From NCBI GenBank assembly GCA_963769885.1, contig CAVYNH010000007.1, positions 1-64,000 on the forward strand: a stretch of DNA of 64,000 nt. The letters are read 5' to 3'. The position numbers and the translations under genes are program-made. Shown in pieces: positions 38,286 to 48,554 of the stretch. This DNA comes from Methanobacteriota archaeon. GTDB taxonomy: Archaea > Thermoplasmatota > E2 > DHVEG-1. The number at the start of each line of letters is the position of its first letter. Position 1 is the first letter of the stretch. Below the pieces are notes generated by a model. That model saw only the letters and a list, made by a program, of their open reading frames with translations, had not been told where the DNA came from and did no database searches.

Positions 38286-38954
38286 ATGAAGATCCATAAC
38301 ATTGTCCCACTCATTGTCATCGGCTGCGTCCTGATGGCATCGGTCGGATACACGCAAAAGGCCACCGACACCCAACAGAACACCTTAACCACCGTCGACT
38401 TCGTCGACTGCACCGGCCACACCCCAATCACCCGCACCATTCAGATGCCCACCAGCCAATGGCGCGCGCTCCAACACGACCTCAGTGAAATCAGATCCTC
38501 GGGTCCGCTCACCAAAGAGTCCTTTACCGCCCAGATCCACGTACTCCAGCACTACGGCCTCATCAGCAACGATGCCGCCACCACCCTCTATCCGCACTAT
38601 GCCACGCGAACCAGGACCGTCCTCCCCGCGATCAACAACTCCAACATCAACGCGATGTGCGCCATCAGCGTCACCCTCAACAGCATCACCCCTAACGGGA
38701 GCACCGTCGTCCTCGGGCTGAACAGCTTCATCAACTACATCGGTTTCGACATCGTCAGCTTCCATTACGGTAACGCCACCGACGGCATCCAGACCACCGG
38801 GCTCGTCAAGAAGACCTCGCCGCCCGGCGAATACTCCGGTTTCATGTTCGGCTTCCTCGGTTATTGGGTCGGTGAAAAAATAAAAACCGGCGTCTACAAC
38901 AACCTCACTGCTGTCGGCTTCACCGTCATCACCGCCTGGATCCCCGTCCTCTAA
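38286..38954 (+). CDS. Secreted hypothetical protein
   Basis: Signal peptide MKIHNIVPLIVIGCVLMAS; C-terminal GFMFGFLGYW...GF motif loosely like 611/1428. Confidence 0.75.
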   Translation: MKIHNIVPLIVIGCVLMASVGYTQKATDTQQNTLTTVDFVDCTGHTPITRTIQMPTSQWRALQHDLSEIRSSGPLTKESFTAQIHVLQHYGLISNDAATTLYPHYATRTRTVLPAINNSNINAMCAISVTLNSITPNGSTVVLGLNSFINYIGFDIVSFHYGNATDGIQTTGLVKKTSPPGEYSGFMFGFLGYWVGEKIKTGVYNNLTAVGFTVITAWIPVL

Positions 38955-39008
38955 TACACCTATTCATCCCTCTTTTTTTATATTTCTCTTTTCCACCCCC
39001 AGTAGACA

Positions 39009-39563
39009 TCACACACGGTACACCAAAATGTACATATTCTCTGAATCCCGGACCAGCTCGAACGCCAACATCGTCCGTCCCTCTTTTCTTAAAATCAGAC
39101 TCTCGTCCCCAAGCTGAACCCGCCCATCCTCAAAGAGCCCAGCGCGAAACCCCACATCAGGATCCGACAGCCACACCACCTCCTTGCTCGCCCCCTGCAC
39201 CAAGAACACGATCACCGCCCCCGACCCCGTCACCCCCGCCTCCAACACCCCGTCCCCATCAGGATCCGAGTCACCACCAAACGACACAAACACACACCCA
39301 TCCGGCACCTCCACCGGCATCACTCGCCGCGTCCCCAGCCCCGCCATCGGGTCGCGCAGATCCCGCGGCGACCCACCCCGCACCAGACTCACCAACTCCC
39401 CTGCGATCCCCTCGCACTCCCCCCGCAGCCGCTGCGACGCCAACGTCGGCTCCAGCACATACACCCCCACTACCCACACCCCCAGAATCGCCCCGATAAT
39501 CGCCAGGCTCATGACCACCCGGATCGGGACCATCTCCACCCCCCACGCGTCCAGTCGACGCAT
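39009..39563 (-). CDS. Pilin-like protein
   Basis: MRRLDAWG/VEMVPIRVVMSLAIIGAILGVW; VPDGCVFVSFGG. Confidence 0.7.
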   Translation of the reverse strand: MRRLDAWGVEMVPIRVVMSLAIIGAILGVWVVGVYVLEPTLASQRLRGECEGIAGELVSLVRGGSPRDLRDPMAGLGTRRVMPVEVPDGCVFVSFGGDSDPDGDGVLEAGVTGSGAVIVFLVQGASKEVVWLSDPDVGFRAGLFEDGRVQLGDESLILRKEGRTMLAFELVRDSENMYILVYRV

Positions 39564-39564
39564 C

Positions 39565-40827
39565 TCACCGTCTCTCCGCCGGTAGCGCCACCGGCTCCTC
39601 CCCCGCATGCCACGTCACCCTAGGACGGATCCGCACCACATGCGCGGACTCAGAGGTATCATCCACCACCACCGCTACCCCCTTCTCCCGGCCCAGCTGC
39701 CGGATCAACCCCCCGATGTCGCCCGCTAGGTACTCCGGCCGCACCCGCCCCAACGCCACCAGGTCCTCCTGCGCCGTCACCCGATGACAGATTACTAAGT
39801 CACTGTGGGCGAACACCTCCTCGTCCACCGCACACGGCCGCTGCGTCGCCATGATAAGGGACAACCCCGGTTGCCGGCCTTGTCGCATCCATTTCGACAC
39901 CAGAACCTCTTTACTCAACGTTACCCCCTGATTTGGGAGGAACACCTGCGCCTCGTCCACCGCCAGCCACGCCATCGGCAGCCCCCGCTCGCCAGGGTCT
40001 AGACCGAGCCGCCCCCGTTCGTACGCCTTGCGCGCCAGCACCCGACCCTCGAAGATCTGGTCCGCGACCAACGCCACGACCGTATCCTTCAGCTCCACGC
40101 TTGGCAGATAGCTGATGTCCAACACCGAGACGTCCCCCGGCCGCACCACTTCCTCGATCCGTACTCCCCGCGCAGAAAAAACCCCCCAAGATTCCGCCAT
40201 ATGAATAAGGTTCCCGGCGGCTACTCTCAGAAGCGGGTCGAACTCCGTGCATCCCTCTAGCCACGCCCGGATGTCTTTCAATGAGAACTCCGGTTTTTCC
40301 TCACGGATCGACAGGACGGCCTTCGCTAGGACGATGCCGACCGGATCCATCGGCGACAGTTTGAACAGATGGCACCAGGAGGCAATAGACAGATCTGAGA
40401 CCCGCACCGCGTACGGCACCACCTCGATCCCAAGCCCCCGCGCCCGATTAACAGAGCCCTCCGGGACGAACACCCGCACCGGCATCCCCTGCTCACCATT
40501 CTTCCCCAGCACTGCCGGGTATGCCATTGTCCAGAAGATCCCCAACGTATCGACCACGACCACCCCGAGATGCTCCCTCACCTCCGGCTCCAACCTTAGA
40601 AACTCCTCAAGAAAAACCCCGATCGTGTACCATTTCCCGTACCCCCGCTTCCCGCAAATCAGCACCACATGCGGGTGCAGCGCGTCCACATACACCTCAG
40701 CGCCCGCGGACCCATCCAACGCATGGTACCGCCCTAAACGCAAGACTCCCCTCGCCTCTTGCTCCCGACGACCAAGCACCATCGGCGCCTCACGGAACCG
40801 ACCGCCGACTGCCTTTTTCTGAATCAT
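39565..40827 (-). CDS. HerA/DUF87-family ATPase
   Basis: HVVLICGKRGYGKW(sic)YT, VVDTLG, AVDEAQ, GRQPGLSLIMATQRP. Confidence 0.88.
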   Translation of the reverse strand: MIQKKAVGGRFREAPMVLGRREQEARGVLRLGRYHALDGSAGAEVYVDALHPHVVLICGKRGYGKWYTIGVFLEEFLRLEPEVREHLGVVVVDTLGIFWTMAYPAVLGKNGEQGMPVRVFVPEGSVNRARGLGIEVVPYAVRVSDLSIASWCHLFKLSPMDPVGIVLAKAVLSIREEKPEFSLKDIRAWLEGCTEFDPLLRVAAGNLIHMAESWGVFSARGVRIEEVVRPGDVSVLDISYLPSVELKDTVVALVADQIFEGRVLARKAYERGRLGLDPGERGLPMAWLAVDEAQVFLPNQGVTLSKEVLVSKWMRQGRQPGLSLIMATQRPCAVDEEVFAHSDLVICHRVTAQEDLVALGRVRPEYLAGDIGGLIRQLGREKGVAVVVDDTSESAHVVRIRPRVTWHAGEEPVALPAERR

Positions 40828-40974
40828 TGTTCCATGTACCTCCCAGACAAACCAAAACTTAAATACATCAAATAATATATAATTCATTCGTTTGGGAGGT
40901 TAACAACCACTTTCACCATACCTGTGAGAAGCGGACGCTCTCACCACACCCAAGCGGGAGAACACCAGAACACG

Positions 40975-43095
40975 ATGGACTGCGACCACACCATCACCAC
41001 CCACCACCACACCAAAACCCTCACCCTCAACTGCCGCGCCTGCACCCATGGCGCCTCCAGCCTCAGCGACCCCGTCTGCCGACAACAGATTTTCACCCTC
41101 CTCAGAAAACACCGCGGCACCACCCAACTCATCCTCAACCACACCATCGTCAAAGTCTACACCAACACCGAACTGGCAACCCTCCACGCCCTCACCGCCT
41201 TCATCGACCGCGCCAGCACCTACCATCCCACCCCAGACAGCCCCCACCACGCCATCCTCGACACCCTCACCACCGACCCCATACAGACCCACCGCACCCT
41301 CACCGATCACCTCCAACACATGGACCCCACCGACCCCGACCACCACCTCCTCACCGACCTCGACACCCACTTCCCCAGACTCATCAAAGAAGACACCCCC
41401 ACCGACGCCTTCTACGCCCACCACCTCCGCCCCTACGTCCGCCCCGGCTTCATCGACTCCTACATCCACCTCCACCCCCCACCCGACACCCACTTCCTCG
41501 AATCCTACGACGTCACACGACCCGGCGGACGACCCACCCACATCACCCTCTACGCCCACACCGACAAACCAGAAAAACTCTACTTCATCGTCCCACCCGA
41601 ATACACCCTCCCCAAACACGAACTCCACCTCCTCGAAACCCTCCGCACAACCCTCGCCGCCCACCGCCCCACCGACACCACCTTCCTCGACGCCACCCAC
41701 GCCGAAGACTACTTCAAACACCTCGCCGCCACCACACTGGCCACCCTCACCACCACGCTTCCCCCCGACCGCCTCGACTACCTCGCCGACACCTACGCCC
41801 GCTACACCGCCGGCCTCGGTATCCTCGAAGACCTCCTCCTCGACCACCGCATCCAAGACATCTACATCAACGCCCCCTCGCACCACAACCCCATCCACCT
41901 CGTCCACGACGGCGAAGAATACACCACCAACATCTACCTCTCCGACACCGACATCGACGCCCTCGCATCAAAATTCCGCGCCATCAGCGCCAGAGCCTTC
42001 AGCGAAGCCTCCCCCGTCCTCGACATGGACCTCCCCGCCTACCACACCCGCATCGCCGCCATCTCCAACCCCCTCACCCCCCGCGGCATCGCCTTCGCCC
42101 TCCGCCGCCACCGCCCCCATCCCTGGACACTCGCCCACTTTATTAAAAACCACATGCTCACCCCAGCCGCCGCCGGCCTCCTCAGCCTCCTCGTCGACGG
42201 CCAAGCCACACTCCTGATCGCCGGCAGCCGAGGCGCCGGCAAAACCTCACTGCTCACCGCCCTCCTCCTCGAAATCCCCCAACGCTACCGCATCCTCACC
42301 ATCGAAGACACCCCCGAACTCCCCGTCCAACAACTCCAAGACCACGGCTACAAACTCCAATCCCTCATCACCCGCTCCATCGCCACTCACGCCACCTCCC
42401 TCGAGATCGACCCCACCGACGCCCTCCGCACCGCCCTCCGCCTCGGCGAATCCGTCCTCATCCTTGGAGAAGTCCGCGGCCTCGAAGCCAAAGTCCTCTT
42501 CGAAGCTATGCGCATCGGCGCCGCCGGCAACCTCATCATGGGCACTATCCACGGCGCCACCACCCGCGACGTCTACGAGCGCGTCGTCTACGACATCGGC
42601 GTCCCCCCCACCTCCTTCAAAGCCGTCGACGCCATCATCATCGCCGCCCCAATCCGCAAAGGCGGCGGCATCGAACGCCACCGCCGCATCACCCAAATCT
42701 CCGAGACCGCCAAAACCGGCTGGACCACCACCCCAGACCCCGACAAAGTCTTCCATGACCTCATGACCTACGACGCTGCCACCGACACCCTCCACCCCAC
42801 CGACCTCCTCGACATGGGCCAATCCCTCGTCATCAGCACCATCGCCAAGAAATGGGGCATCAGCATCGAAGACGCCCTCGCCAACATCCACCTCAGAGCC
42901 GCCATCAAACAAACCATGGTCGACCACAGCGCCACCCAGCCCCTCCTCCTCGAGGCGGCCGCGACCCGCGACGCCAACAACGCCCTCTGGCTTCTCATCG
43001 AGCAAGCTCGCCACCGCAAGGACACCGACCGCTACCACTGGATCCGACATCACTGGGACCAATGGTTCACAGAGTACCGCCGGGGCCTCGCATGA
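40975..43095 (+). CDS. Type II/IV secretion ATPase (VirB11/CpaF-like) with N-terminal Cys motif
   Basis: CRAC..C N-terminus; GSRGAGKT, TIEDTPEL, ALRLGESVLILGEVRG, GTIHG. Confidence 0.92.
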   Translation: MDCDHTITTHHHTKTLTLNCRACTHGASSLSDPVCRQQIFTLLRKHRGTTQLILNHTIVKVYTNTELATLHALTAFIDRASTYHPTPDSPHHAILDTLTTDPIQTHRTLTDHLQHMDPTDPDHHLLTDLDTHFPRLIKEDTPTDAFYAHHLRPYVRPGFIDSYIHLHPPPDTHFLESYDVTRPGGRPTHITLYAHTDKPEKLYFIVPPEYTLPKHELHLLETLRTTLAAHRPTDTTFLDATHAEDYFKHLAATTLATLTTTLPPDRLDYLADTYARYTAGLGILEDLLLDHRIQDIYINAPSHHNPIHLVHDGEEYTTNIYLSDTDIDALASKFRAISARAFSEASPVLDMDLPAYHTRIAAISNPLTPRGIAFALRRHRPHPWTLAHFIKNHMLTPAAAGLLSLLVDGQATLLIAGSRGAGKTSLLTALLLEIPQRYRILTIEDTPELPVQQLQDHGYKLQSLITRSIATHATSLEIDPTDALRTALRLGESVLILGEVRGLEAKVLFEAMRIGAAGNLIMGTIHGATTRDVYERVVYDIGVPPTSFKAVDAIIIAAPIRKGGGIERHRRITQISETAKTGWTTTPDPDKVFHDLMTYDAATDTLHPTDLLDMGQSLVISTIAKKWGISIEDALANIHLRAAIKQTMVDHSATQPLLLEAAATRDANNALWLLIEQARHRKDTDRYHWIRHHWDQWFTEYRRGLA

Positions 43096-45020
43096 CCACC
43101 GGCCACTGGTACCTCTCCGGCGTCGCCTTCACAAAACGCCACTTCCCCTGGCTCAGCCGCCCCACCGATAAGGCCAAGTCATTCTCCCGGGAATTCCTCC
43201 ATTCCCTGGCCTTCAGCGGCCTTGAGCTCGAGCCATGCGACATCCTCCTCTTCTCCCACGTAGCCGCACTTCTCGCCTTCCTCATCTGCCTTACCGCCGC
43301 CATCATCACACTCACCATTTGTACTATTATACAACAGCCACTCGACCTCCTGCTTTTGGCGGGACTCATCCTCTCCTTTGTCATCGTCCCATTCACCGCC
43401 ATGAACGCTATCGCTGCCTACCCCAGCTCCTACGCTAAGTATGCCCGCATCCAATCGCTTGGCGATGTGCCGGAAATCCTCAGCTACCTCGTCATGTCCC
43501 TCAAGATCGTCCCCAACCTAGAGAACAGCGTGAAGTTCGCCGCGACGGAATCTAAGACACACCTCGCCGCCGACCTGCGCAAACTTCTCTGGGATATGGA
43601 GATCCGGCTCTACCACGGCATCGACGAGGCGCTCACTGCCTTCTCCCAATACTGGGGGCAATGGCATGAGTACCTCCGCCGTTCACTTCATCTGATCAAG
43701 GCCTCGATCTGCGAACACGACGAGGTCTCCCGGTCCCTCACCCTGGACCGCGCCCTCGAAGTCTCCCTTGATGGCACCAAGGAGCTGATGAACAAGTTCG
43801 TCAACGCCCTCCATCAGCCAACCATGATTCTCTATTCAGTCGGCATCATGATTCCACTTTCGCTTGTTGCGATGCTGCCCGCGGCCAGCCTCGTCGGCAT
43901 CCACCTCTCCCTGTTGGAAGTATTTCTGCTCTATGACGTGGGCATCCCTATTTTCGTTTTCATTTTCATGTGGAGGATTCTCCTGTCGCGGCCGGCAGCG
44001 TTCGCGCCCCCGCGTATCTCCCCCACACATCCAGATCTGAAAAACATCCACACACTTCAGGAGGGATGCATCGCCCTTCTCATCGGTGGCCTCATCGCCG
44101 TTCCGTTCGTGCTCTCGCTATCTTCGTGGTCAGGCATCTTTGCGCGCATTAAAGGGATCATCCCTCTAAGCTTGTTCCTCATCTGGGGGATCACAGGCGG
44201 CGGTTCATGGTACTGCCTTCGCGTCTATACGCCCTATAAGAGGATTCGCGATGGAATCAAGGCGATGGAGCGGGAGTTCAGTGACGCGCTTTATGTTTTA
44301 GGGAAGCGGCTCGCAGAAGACCGGTCGCCTGAGGAGAGTATCCAGTTCACGGCGCAGGCGATGGTGGGGACGAAGATCTCGGAGGTCCTTGCTCATACAG
44401 GATACCTGTTGCAGACCATGAATATCAGCCTACGAGATGCGTTCTTCCACCCTGAGTTCGGGTCTCTGAAGTACGTCTCCTCGGATAGAATCAAGGCGCT
44501 TACGCGGCTTATTGTCGAGGGGATTCAGAAAAGCCAGCAGGCGGTGAGCCTCTCGATTATTCGGATTGCGGATCATTTGAGAGACCTGCAGGACGTCGAG
44601 GCGAAGATTCGGGATATGCTCAATGAGTTGACGTCGACGCTGCGGGCGACGACGACGGTGTTCGCGCCGTTGATTGCGGGCGTCACCTTGAGTATCACGA
44701 CGTTGATTGCGTCGATTCTTTCTTCGGTGCAATCACAGTTCTCAGTCATTCCTGAGGATTCATCTCTCTCGATGTTGCCGATATCGACGGCGTTCTCCGC
44801 GCAGAACATCCAGCCGGAGTACTTCATCTTGATTATCGGTGTGTATCTCCTTGAGCTGGTGGTGTTGTTGACGCGGTTCACGAACGGCATCAATGAGGGC
44901 GATGACCGGTCGCTGTTCATGTACAGCCTGGGGCGGACCATGATCGTCGCGGTGGTTATCTTCAGTCTGACCGTTATCTTGGGTCAGTATTTTTTCCTTG
45001 GGTTTGTCCCGCATGTCTAA
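43092..45020 (+). CDS. Double-length TadC/GspF-like membrane platform protein
   Basis: PEILSYLVMSLKIVPNLE and EFSDALYVLG..L...RSPEE half-repeats; many TMs; ATGA overlap with the ATPase. Confidence 0.85.
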   Translation: MTTGHWYLSGVAFTKRHFPWLSRPTDKAKSFSREFLHSLAFSGLELEPCDILLFSHVAALLAFLICLTAAIITLTICTIIQQPLDLLLLAGLILSFVIVPFTAMNAIAAYPSSYAKYARIQSLGDVPEILSYLVMSLKIVPNLENSVKFAATESKTHLAADLRKLLWDMEIRLYHGIDEALTAFSQYWGQWHEYLRRSLHLIKASICEHDEVSRSLTLDRALEVSLDGTKELMNKFVNALHQPTMILYSVGIMIPLSLVAMLPAASLVGIHLSLLEVFLLYDVGIPIFVFIFMWRILLSRPAAFAPPRISPTHPDLKNIHTLQEGCIALLIGGLIAVPFVLSLSSWSGIFARIKGIIPLSLFLIWGITGGGSWYCLRVYTPYKRIRDGIKAMEREFSDALYVLGKRLAEDRSPEESIQFTAQAMVGTKISEVLAHTGYLLQTMNISLRDAFFHPEFGSLKYVSSDRIKALTRLIVEGIQKSQQAVSLSIIRIADHLRDLQDVEAKIRDMLNELTSTLRATTTVFAPLIAGVTLSITTLIASILSSVQSQFSVIPEDSSLSMLPISTAFSAQNIQPEYFILIIGVYLLELVVLLTRFTNGINEGDDRSLFMYSLGRTMIVAVVIFSLTVILGQYFFLGFVPHV

Positions 45021-45075
45021 TTTTTTTTCGATGGTTCGGATGGTGGGTGTGCAGATAGGTATGCGGGCGGCTGGA

Positions 45076-45138
45076 TACATACATGGACATGTACCGGGAG
45101 ATATACCGGGGGACTTACATGAGAAATGGCTTTATTAA
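45076..45138 (+). promoter_or_regulatory. TACAT(A/G) boxes and TATA box upstream of the earA-like gene
   Basis: TACATA at 45076, TACATG at 45080 and 45116, TACCGGG twice (45092, 45104), TTTATTAA at 45131. Confidence 0.45.
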
Positions 45139-45176
45139 CTAGGACGGGTTTTCGCTGGTTGGAAGGTGGATGCGGG

Positions 45177-45512
45177 ATGCAGAACGAGGATGCTACAGGA
45201 CAGACGCTCGAGTTTCGGCGGCCGTTGGCGGTGCGGGCGCTGCGGCGCAGTAATGTGCGGATTAAGATAGCGGAGTATCTTTCTGAGATTAGTCCGAATT
45301 ATAGTTATACGGCGGACATCGCGTATCATGTGCGGACGACGCCGTCGAATGTGATTGGGGCGATCCGGGGGATGGAGACGCGGTATAAGGAGGATGAGTC
45401 TCTTCTGAATCTTGATATCGTGGAGGAGAAGAACTGCCGCAACAACATCAAGCTGTATGGAATCACGGTGTTTGGCAAGGAGATGTTGCGGGAGATTAAG
45501 GAGAAAAAATAG
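45177..45512 (+). CDS. earA: EarA-family (DUF1495) winged-helix transcriptional regulator
   Basis: RALRRSNVRIKIAEYL..I.P..SY.ADIA...PSNVIGAIRG...RY..DESL..L.IVE. Confidence 0.8.
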   Translation: MQNEDATGQTLEFRRPLAVRALRRSNVRIKIAEYLSEISPNYSYTADIAYHVRTTPSNVIGAIRGMETRYKEDESLLNLDIVEEKNCRNNIKLYGITVFGKEMLREIKEKK

Positions 45513-45551
45513 TCTTCGGTTTCTTGAGTGCGTTCTTTTTCCTTTGTTTTG

Positions 45552-47090
45552 TTATTCTGTGGGTTCGTTGATGGTTTCGGTGGAACCGCTGGCGGAGAGG
45601 AGTTGTTGCAGAGAGTTGGTGTACTCCGTGGGTGTGGCGTTGAGGAGTCGTTCGACGGATGGTTTGAGGAATTCGCCGTAGTTGATTTCTTCGGAGGTGA
45701 ATTTCCATTTGGCTTCTTTTTCGGCCTGGAAGGCGAGGAGGAAGGCGTATTCGAGGGATTTCCCTTGGGGGGTGTCCGGTCGTCGTTTGAGTTCTCGTAC
45801 TGCTTTTTGTGTGCCTTCGGTTTTGTAGATGCGGGTGATGGTGTCCGCGAACTGGGCGAGGGCTGGGAGGGTGGTGTACTGGGGGAGTTCTTGGAGGAGC
45901 CTTTGATGGTCCCGCCATTCGAAGGCCATCTTTAGGATTGTGGTTGGGGAGTCATGGAGTTGGCTGAGGGCGTCTGCTTGGTGTGGGTCGTTGACGATGC
46001 TGCGGATGAAGTCTTTGCCGTAGGGGGTCCAGAGTTGTTCGAAGACTTTGGCCGCTGTTTTTTCCGGGATGACGATGGATTGGTTGGTCCTGGTGAGCAT
46101 GTAGTCGAGGGCTTGGCGTTCTTCGGGTGAGGGCTGGAGGGCGTCGATGAAGGATTGTGGTGAGTCGTAGGCTTCTCCTTTGGCCATGAGGACGCGGTCG
46201 GTTTGTTGTCGGACCGAGGTCTGGTGGTGTTTTGCGCGGTCGCTGATGAATTGGGCGTCGGTGAGGGCGCCGGAGAAGTAGGCTCGGGTGGCGCGTCGTT
46301 TGTCTCTTGGGTTTTCTTCGTGGGCGGCAGAGTAGGCGGAGATGACGTCTGCGGTGATATCGGCGGAGAGGTCTGGTTCGATGAAGTATCTGGTCATGGC
46401 GATGATGGTGTTGCCTTTAATCTTGGCGCAGGTTTCGCAGATGCCGATGATAAGGTGGGCGGAGTGCCAGTCGAGGCGGAGGTACGGCGTTGAGACCGGT
46501 TTTTTTTCTCTCAGTGTTGAGGGGGGGATGTGTGGGCAGGCGGCAGTGTCGTCTTGGGCGGTGAGGGAGAGTTTTTTTAGCAGGAAGGTGAGGAAGTCGG
46601 TGGGTGGTTGGGGGGTGCGTCCAGTGCAGGCATAGCCGGTGTCCCAGGAGTAGATGTTGAGGTGTTTTTTCTTGGCGTAGGTGGCAATTCCGAGGAGGCG
46701 GTAGACGGGGTCTTGGCAGTGTTGGGCGGCGATGAGGTGTTCTTTGTCGGCGGCGCCGCGTTGGGCGTACATAACGGTTTCGCCGGTGGAGAATTTGAGG
46801 TAGCCGAGGACTGGTGCTTTTTCGGTGTCGAGGAGGAGGAGGGTGCCGGCGACGGCGCCTTCGAGGGTTTTTTTGTTGGCGAGTTTTTTGAGTCGGTCGG
46901 GGTTGTCGTGGAGGGTGGCGATGGCGGTGAGGTGATTGTGGAGCTTGGCGAAATATTTGTCGCAGCCGGTGGGGAGGAGGCAGTCGGGGTGTTGTTGGAG
47001 GTATCTGGCGTTGTCGATGAGGTCTTTTTCGTGTGTTTTTGGGGCGGTGCGGTGGAAGGTGCGTTGGGCGGTGGCTGGTTTCTTTGCCAT
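45552..47090 (-). CDS. Conserved hypothetical protein (Cys-containing)
   Basis: 512-aa ORF with host codon pattern; YAQRG, CPH and ICETC motifs. Confidence 0.75.
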   Translation of the reverse strand: MAKKPATAQRTFHRTAPKTHEKDLIDNARYLQQHPDCLLPTGCDKYFAKLHNHLTAIATLHDNPDRLKKLANKKTLEGAVAGTLLLLDTEKAPVLGYLKFSTGETVMYAQRGAADKEHLIAAQHCQDPVYRLLGIATYAKKKHLNIYSWDTGYACTGRTPQPPTDFLTFLLKKLSLTAQDDTAACPHIPPSTLREKKPVSTPYLRLDWHSAHLIIGICETCAKIKGNTIIAMTRYFIEPDLSADITADVISAYSAAHEENPRDKRRATRAYFSGALTDAQFISDRAKHHQTSVRQQTDRVLMAKGEAYDSPQSFIDALQPSPEERQALDYMLTRTNQSIVIPEKTAAKVFEQLWTPYGKDFIRSIVNDPHQADALSQLHDSPTTILKMAFEWRDHQRLLQELPQYTTLPALAQFADTITRIYKTEGTQKAVRELKRRPDTPQGKSLEYAFLLAFQAEKEAKWKFTSEEINYGEFLKPSVERLLNATPTEYTNSLQQLLSASGSTETINEPTE

Positions 47091-47185
47091 GGGACGGTCT
47101 TTTGGTGATAAGGTGGGGCTGTTAAAGAGGCTATCGATAGCTTTTATACGTATTGCGGTGTTTTCCAGGGTGAGGTGACTAGTGG

Positions 47186-47764
47186 ATGAATCTGTTTTCG
47201 GTGATGGTGGGTCGGCGGACGGTCCGGCGGTTTGTGCAGCGGTCGTTGCCTGCGGGGTTGTTGGAGCGGTGTGTGGATGTGGCGCGGCTGGCGCCGTCGG
47301 CGGCGAATCTGCAGCCGTTTGAGTACGTGGTGGTTTCGGATCGTGAGGGGTGTGCGCGGGTGTTTCCCGCGTTGAAATGGGCGGCGTATTTGGAGCCGGC
47401 GTGGGTGCCGGCGGAGGGGGAGCGGCCGGTGGCGTACATCGTCATGGTCGCGAGGGATGAGAAGCCGTTCACGCTGCGGGATATGGGGCTTGCGGCCTCG
47501 TCGATGGTGGTGTTGGCGGAGTCTGAGGGGGTGGGGAGTTGCATCCTGTGCAATATTGATAAGGAGAGGATTCGGAGGATTTTGGGTGTTCCCGATTCGT
47601 TTTTCGTTGATGCGGTGATCGCGCTGGGGTATAAGGCGGAGGAGCCGGTGGTAGAGGAGCGGGAGGATACGGTGAAGTACTGGCGGGACAGTGATGGGGT
47701 GTTGCATGTGCCGAAGCGGCCGTTGTCGTCGGTGCTGCATCGGGGGTCTTTTCGGGGGCGATGA
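47186..47764 (+). CDS. Nitroreductase family protein
   Basis: RRTVRRF, ARLAPSAANLQP, DMGLA, GVGSC, IALGY. Confidence 0.93.
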   Translation: MNLFSVMVGRRTVRRFVQRSLPAGLLERCVDVARLAPSAANLQPFEYVVVSDREGCARVFPALKWAAYLEPAWVPAEGERPVAYIVMVARDEKPFTLRDMGLAASSMVVLAESEGVGSCILCNIDKERIRRILGVPDSFFVDAVIALGYKAEEPVVEEREDTVKYWRDSDGVLHVPKRPLSSVLHRGSFRGR

Positions 47765-47801
47765 AAAGGTTAAAATTCTGGGTTGGCTTATGGGGGGTAC
47801 T

Positions 47802-48083
47802 ATGAGGGAATACTCGATTAAACGTGGTCATGATGTCGATTTGAATTCGCTGGTCGCCAGGTATTTCGGGGCGGACGGCGATATCACCGAGGGGATTTCG
47901 TTCTCCGCTGATGGGATCGGGGAGGTGAACCTGAAGCGGGAGAAGAACAAGCTGCAGGTGGATATCGTGCCGCCGAAGAAGATCACGGGGGACGGGACGA
48001 TCATCCGGAAGTGGAACGAGTTTTTGTTAGAGGCGACGGGCAAAGACGCGAAGGAACGGAAAAAGGAATTTGGGAAGTGCTAA
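47802..48083 (+). CDS. DUF5611-family archaeal protein
   Basis: MREYSIKRGH ... WNEFLLEATGKDAKERKK. Confidence 0.8.
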   Translation: MREYSIKRGHDVDLNSLVARYFGADGDITEGISFSADGIGEVNLKREKNKLQVDIVPPKKITGDGTIIRKWNEFLLEATGKDAKERKKEFGKC

Positions 48084-48554
48084 CAGCAAGAAACAACAGG
48101 ATGTTTTCGACATCAGACGCGGACCTTCAAGGCGCACATCGTTCATTCCCTAGTGTTTGTCCTTGCAATCGTGATTATCGACGTGGCCGTCATAATTCCC
48201 CTAACGAATCAGCTTGTTGCTGGATCTGGCCAAACTATTGAGGGAACGATTGTCTCGTACTTTAGTACGTTCATCGCCATAATGGTCCTCCTCGTCGTGG
48301 TCTTCGGACTTTTCGACGGGTAGACCACTCGGACTTGTCACCTGTCTTTTAGGGGCTGGTGGTTTATTGTGGTGGCCGCTAACCTCCTCTTTCTCCTCAG
48401 GTTGAAGTCAAACGGGCGGGGCTGGCCCAGAAGGCAGAGTTTACTTATGTTTTCCCGTCATCAGCTTCCCCCTCCTTTCATATTTTTATTTGGTGGGGGT
48501 TAACAAAAAATATAACTAGAGATATGACTTTCCCAAATCAACCTTCGAGGAAAA

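Noticed and set aside
48414-48445. GCGGGGCTGGCCCAGAAGGCAGAG resembles a tRNA 5' end or att remnant
   Set aside because: No anticodon arm, T-arm or matching acceptor strand follows, and no partner repeat was found at the other island end.
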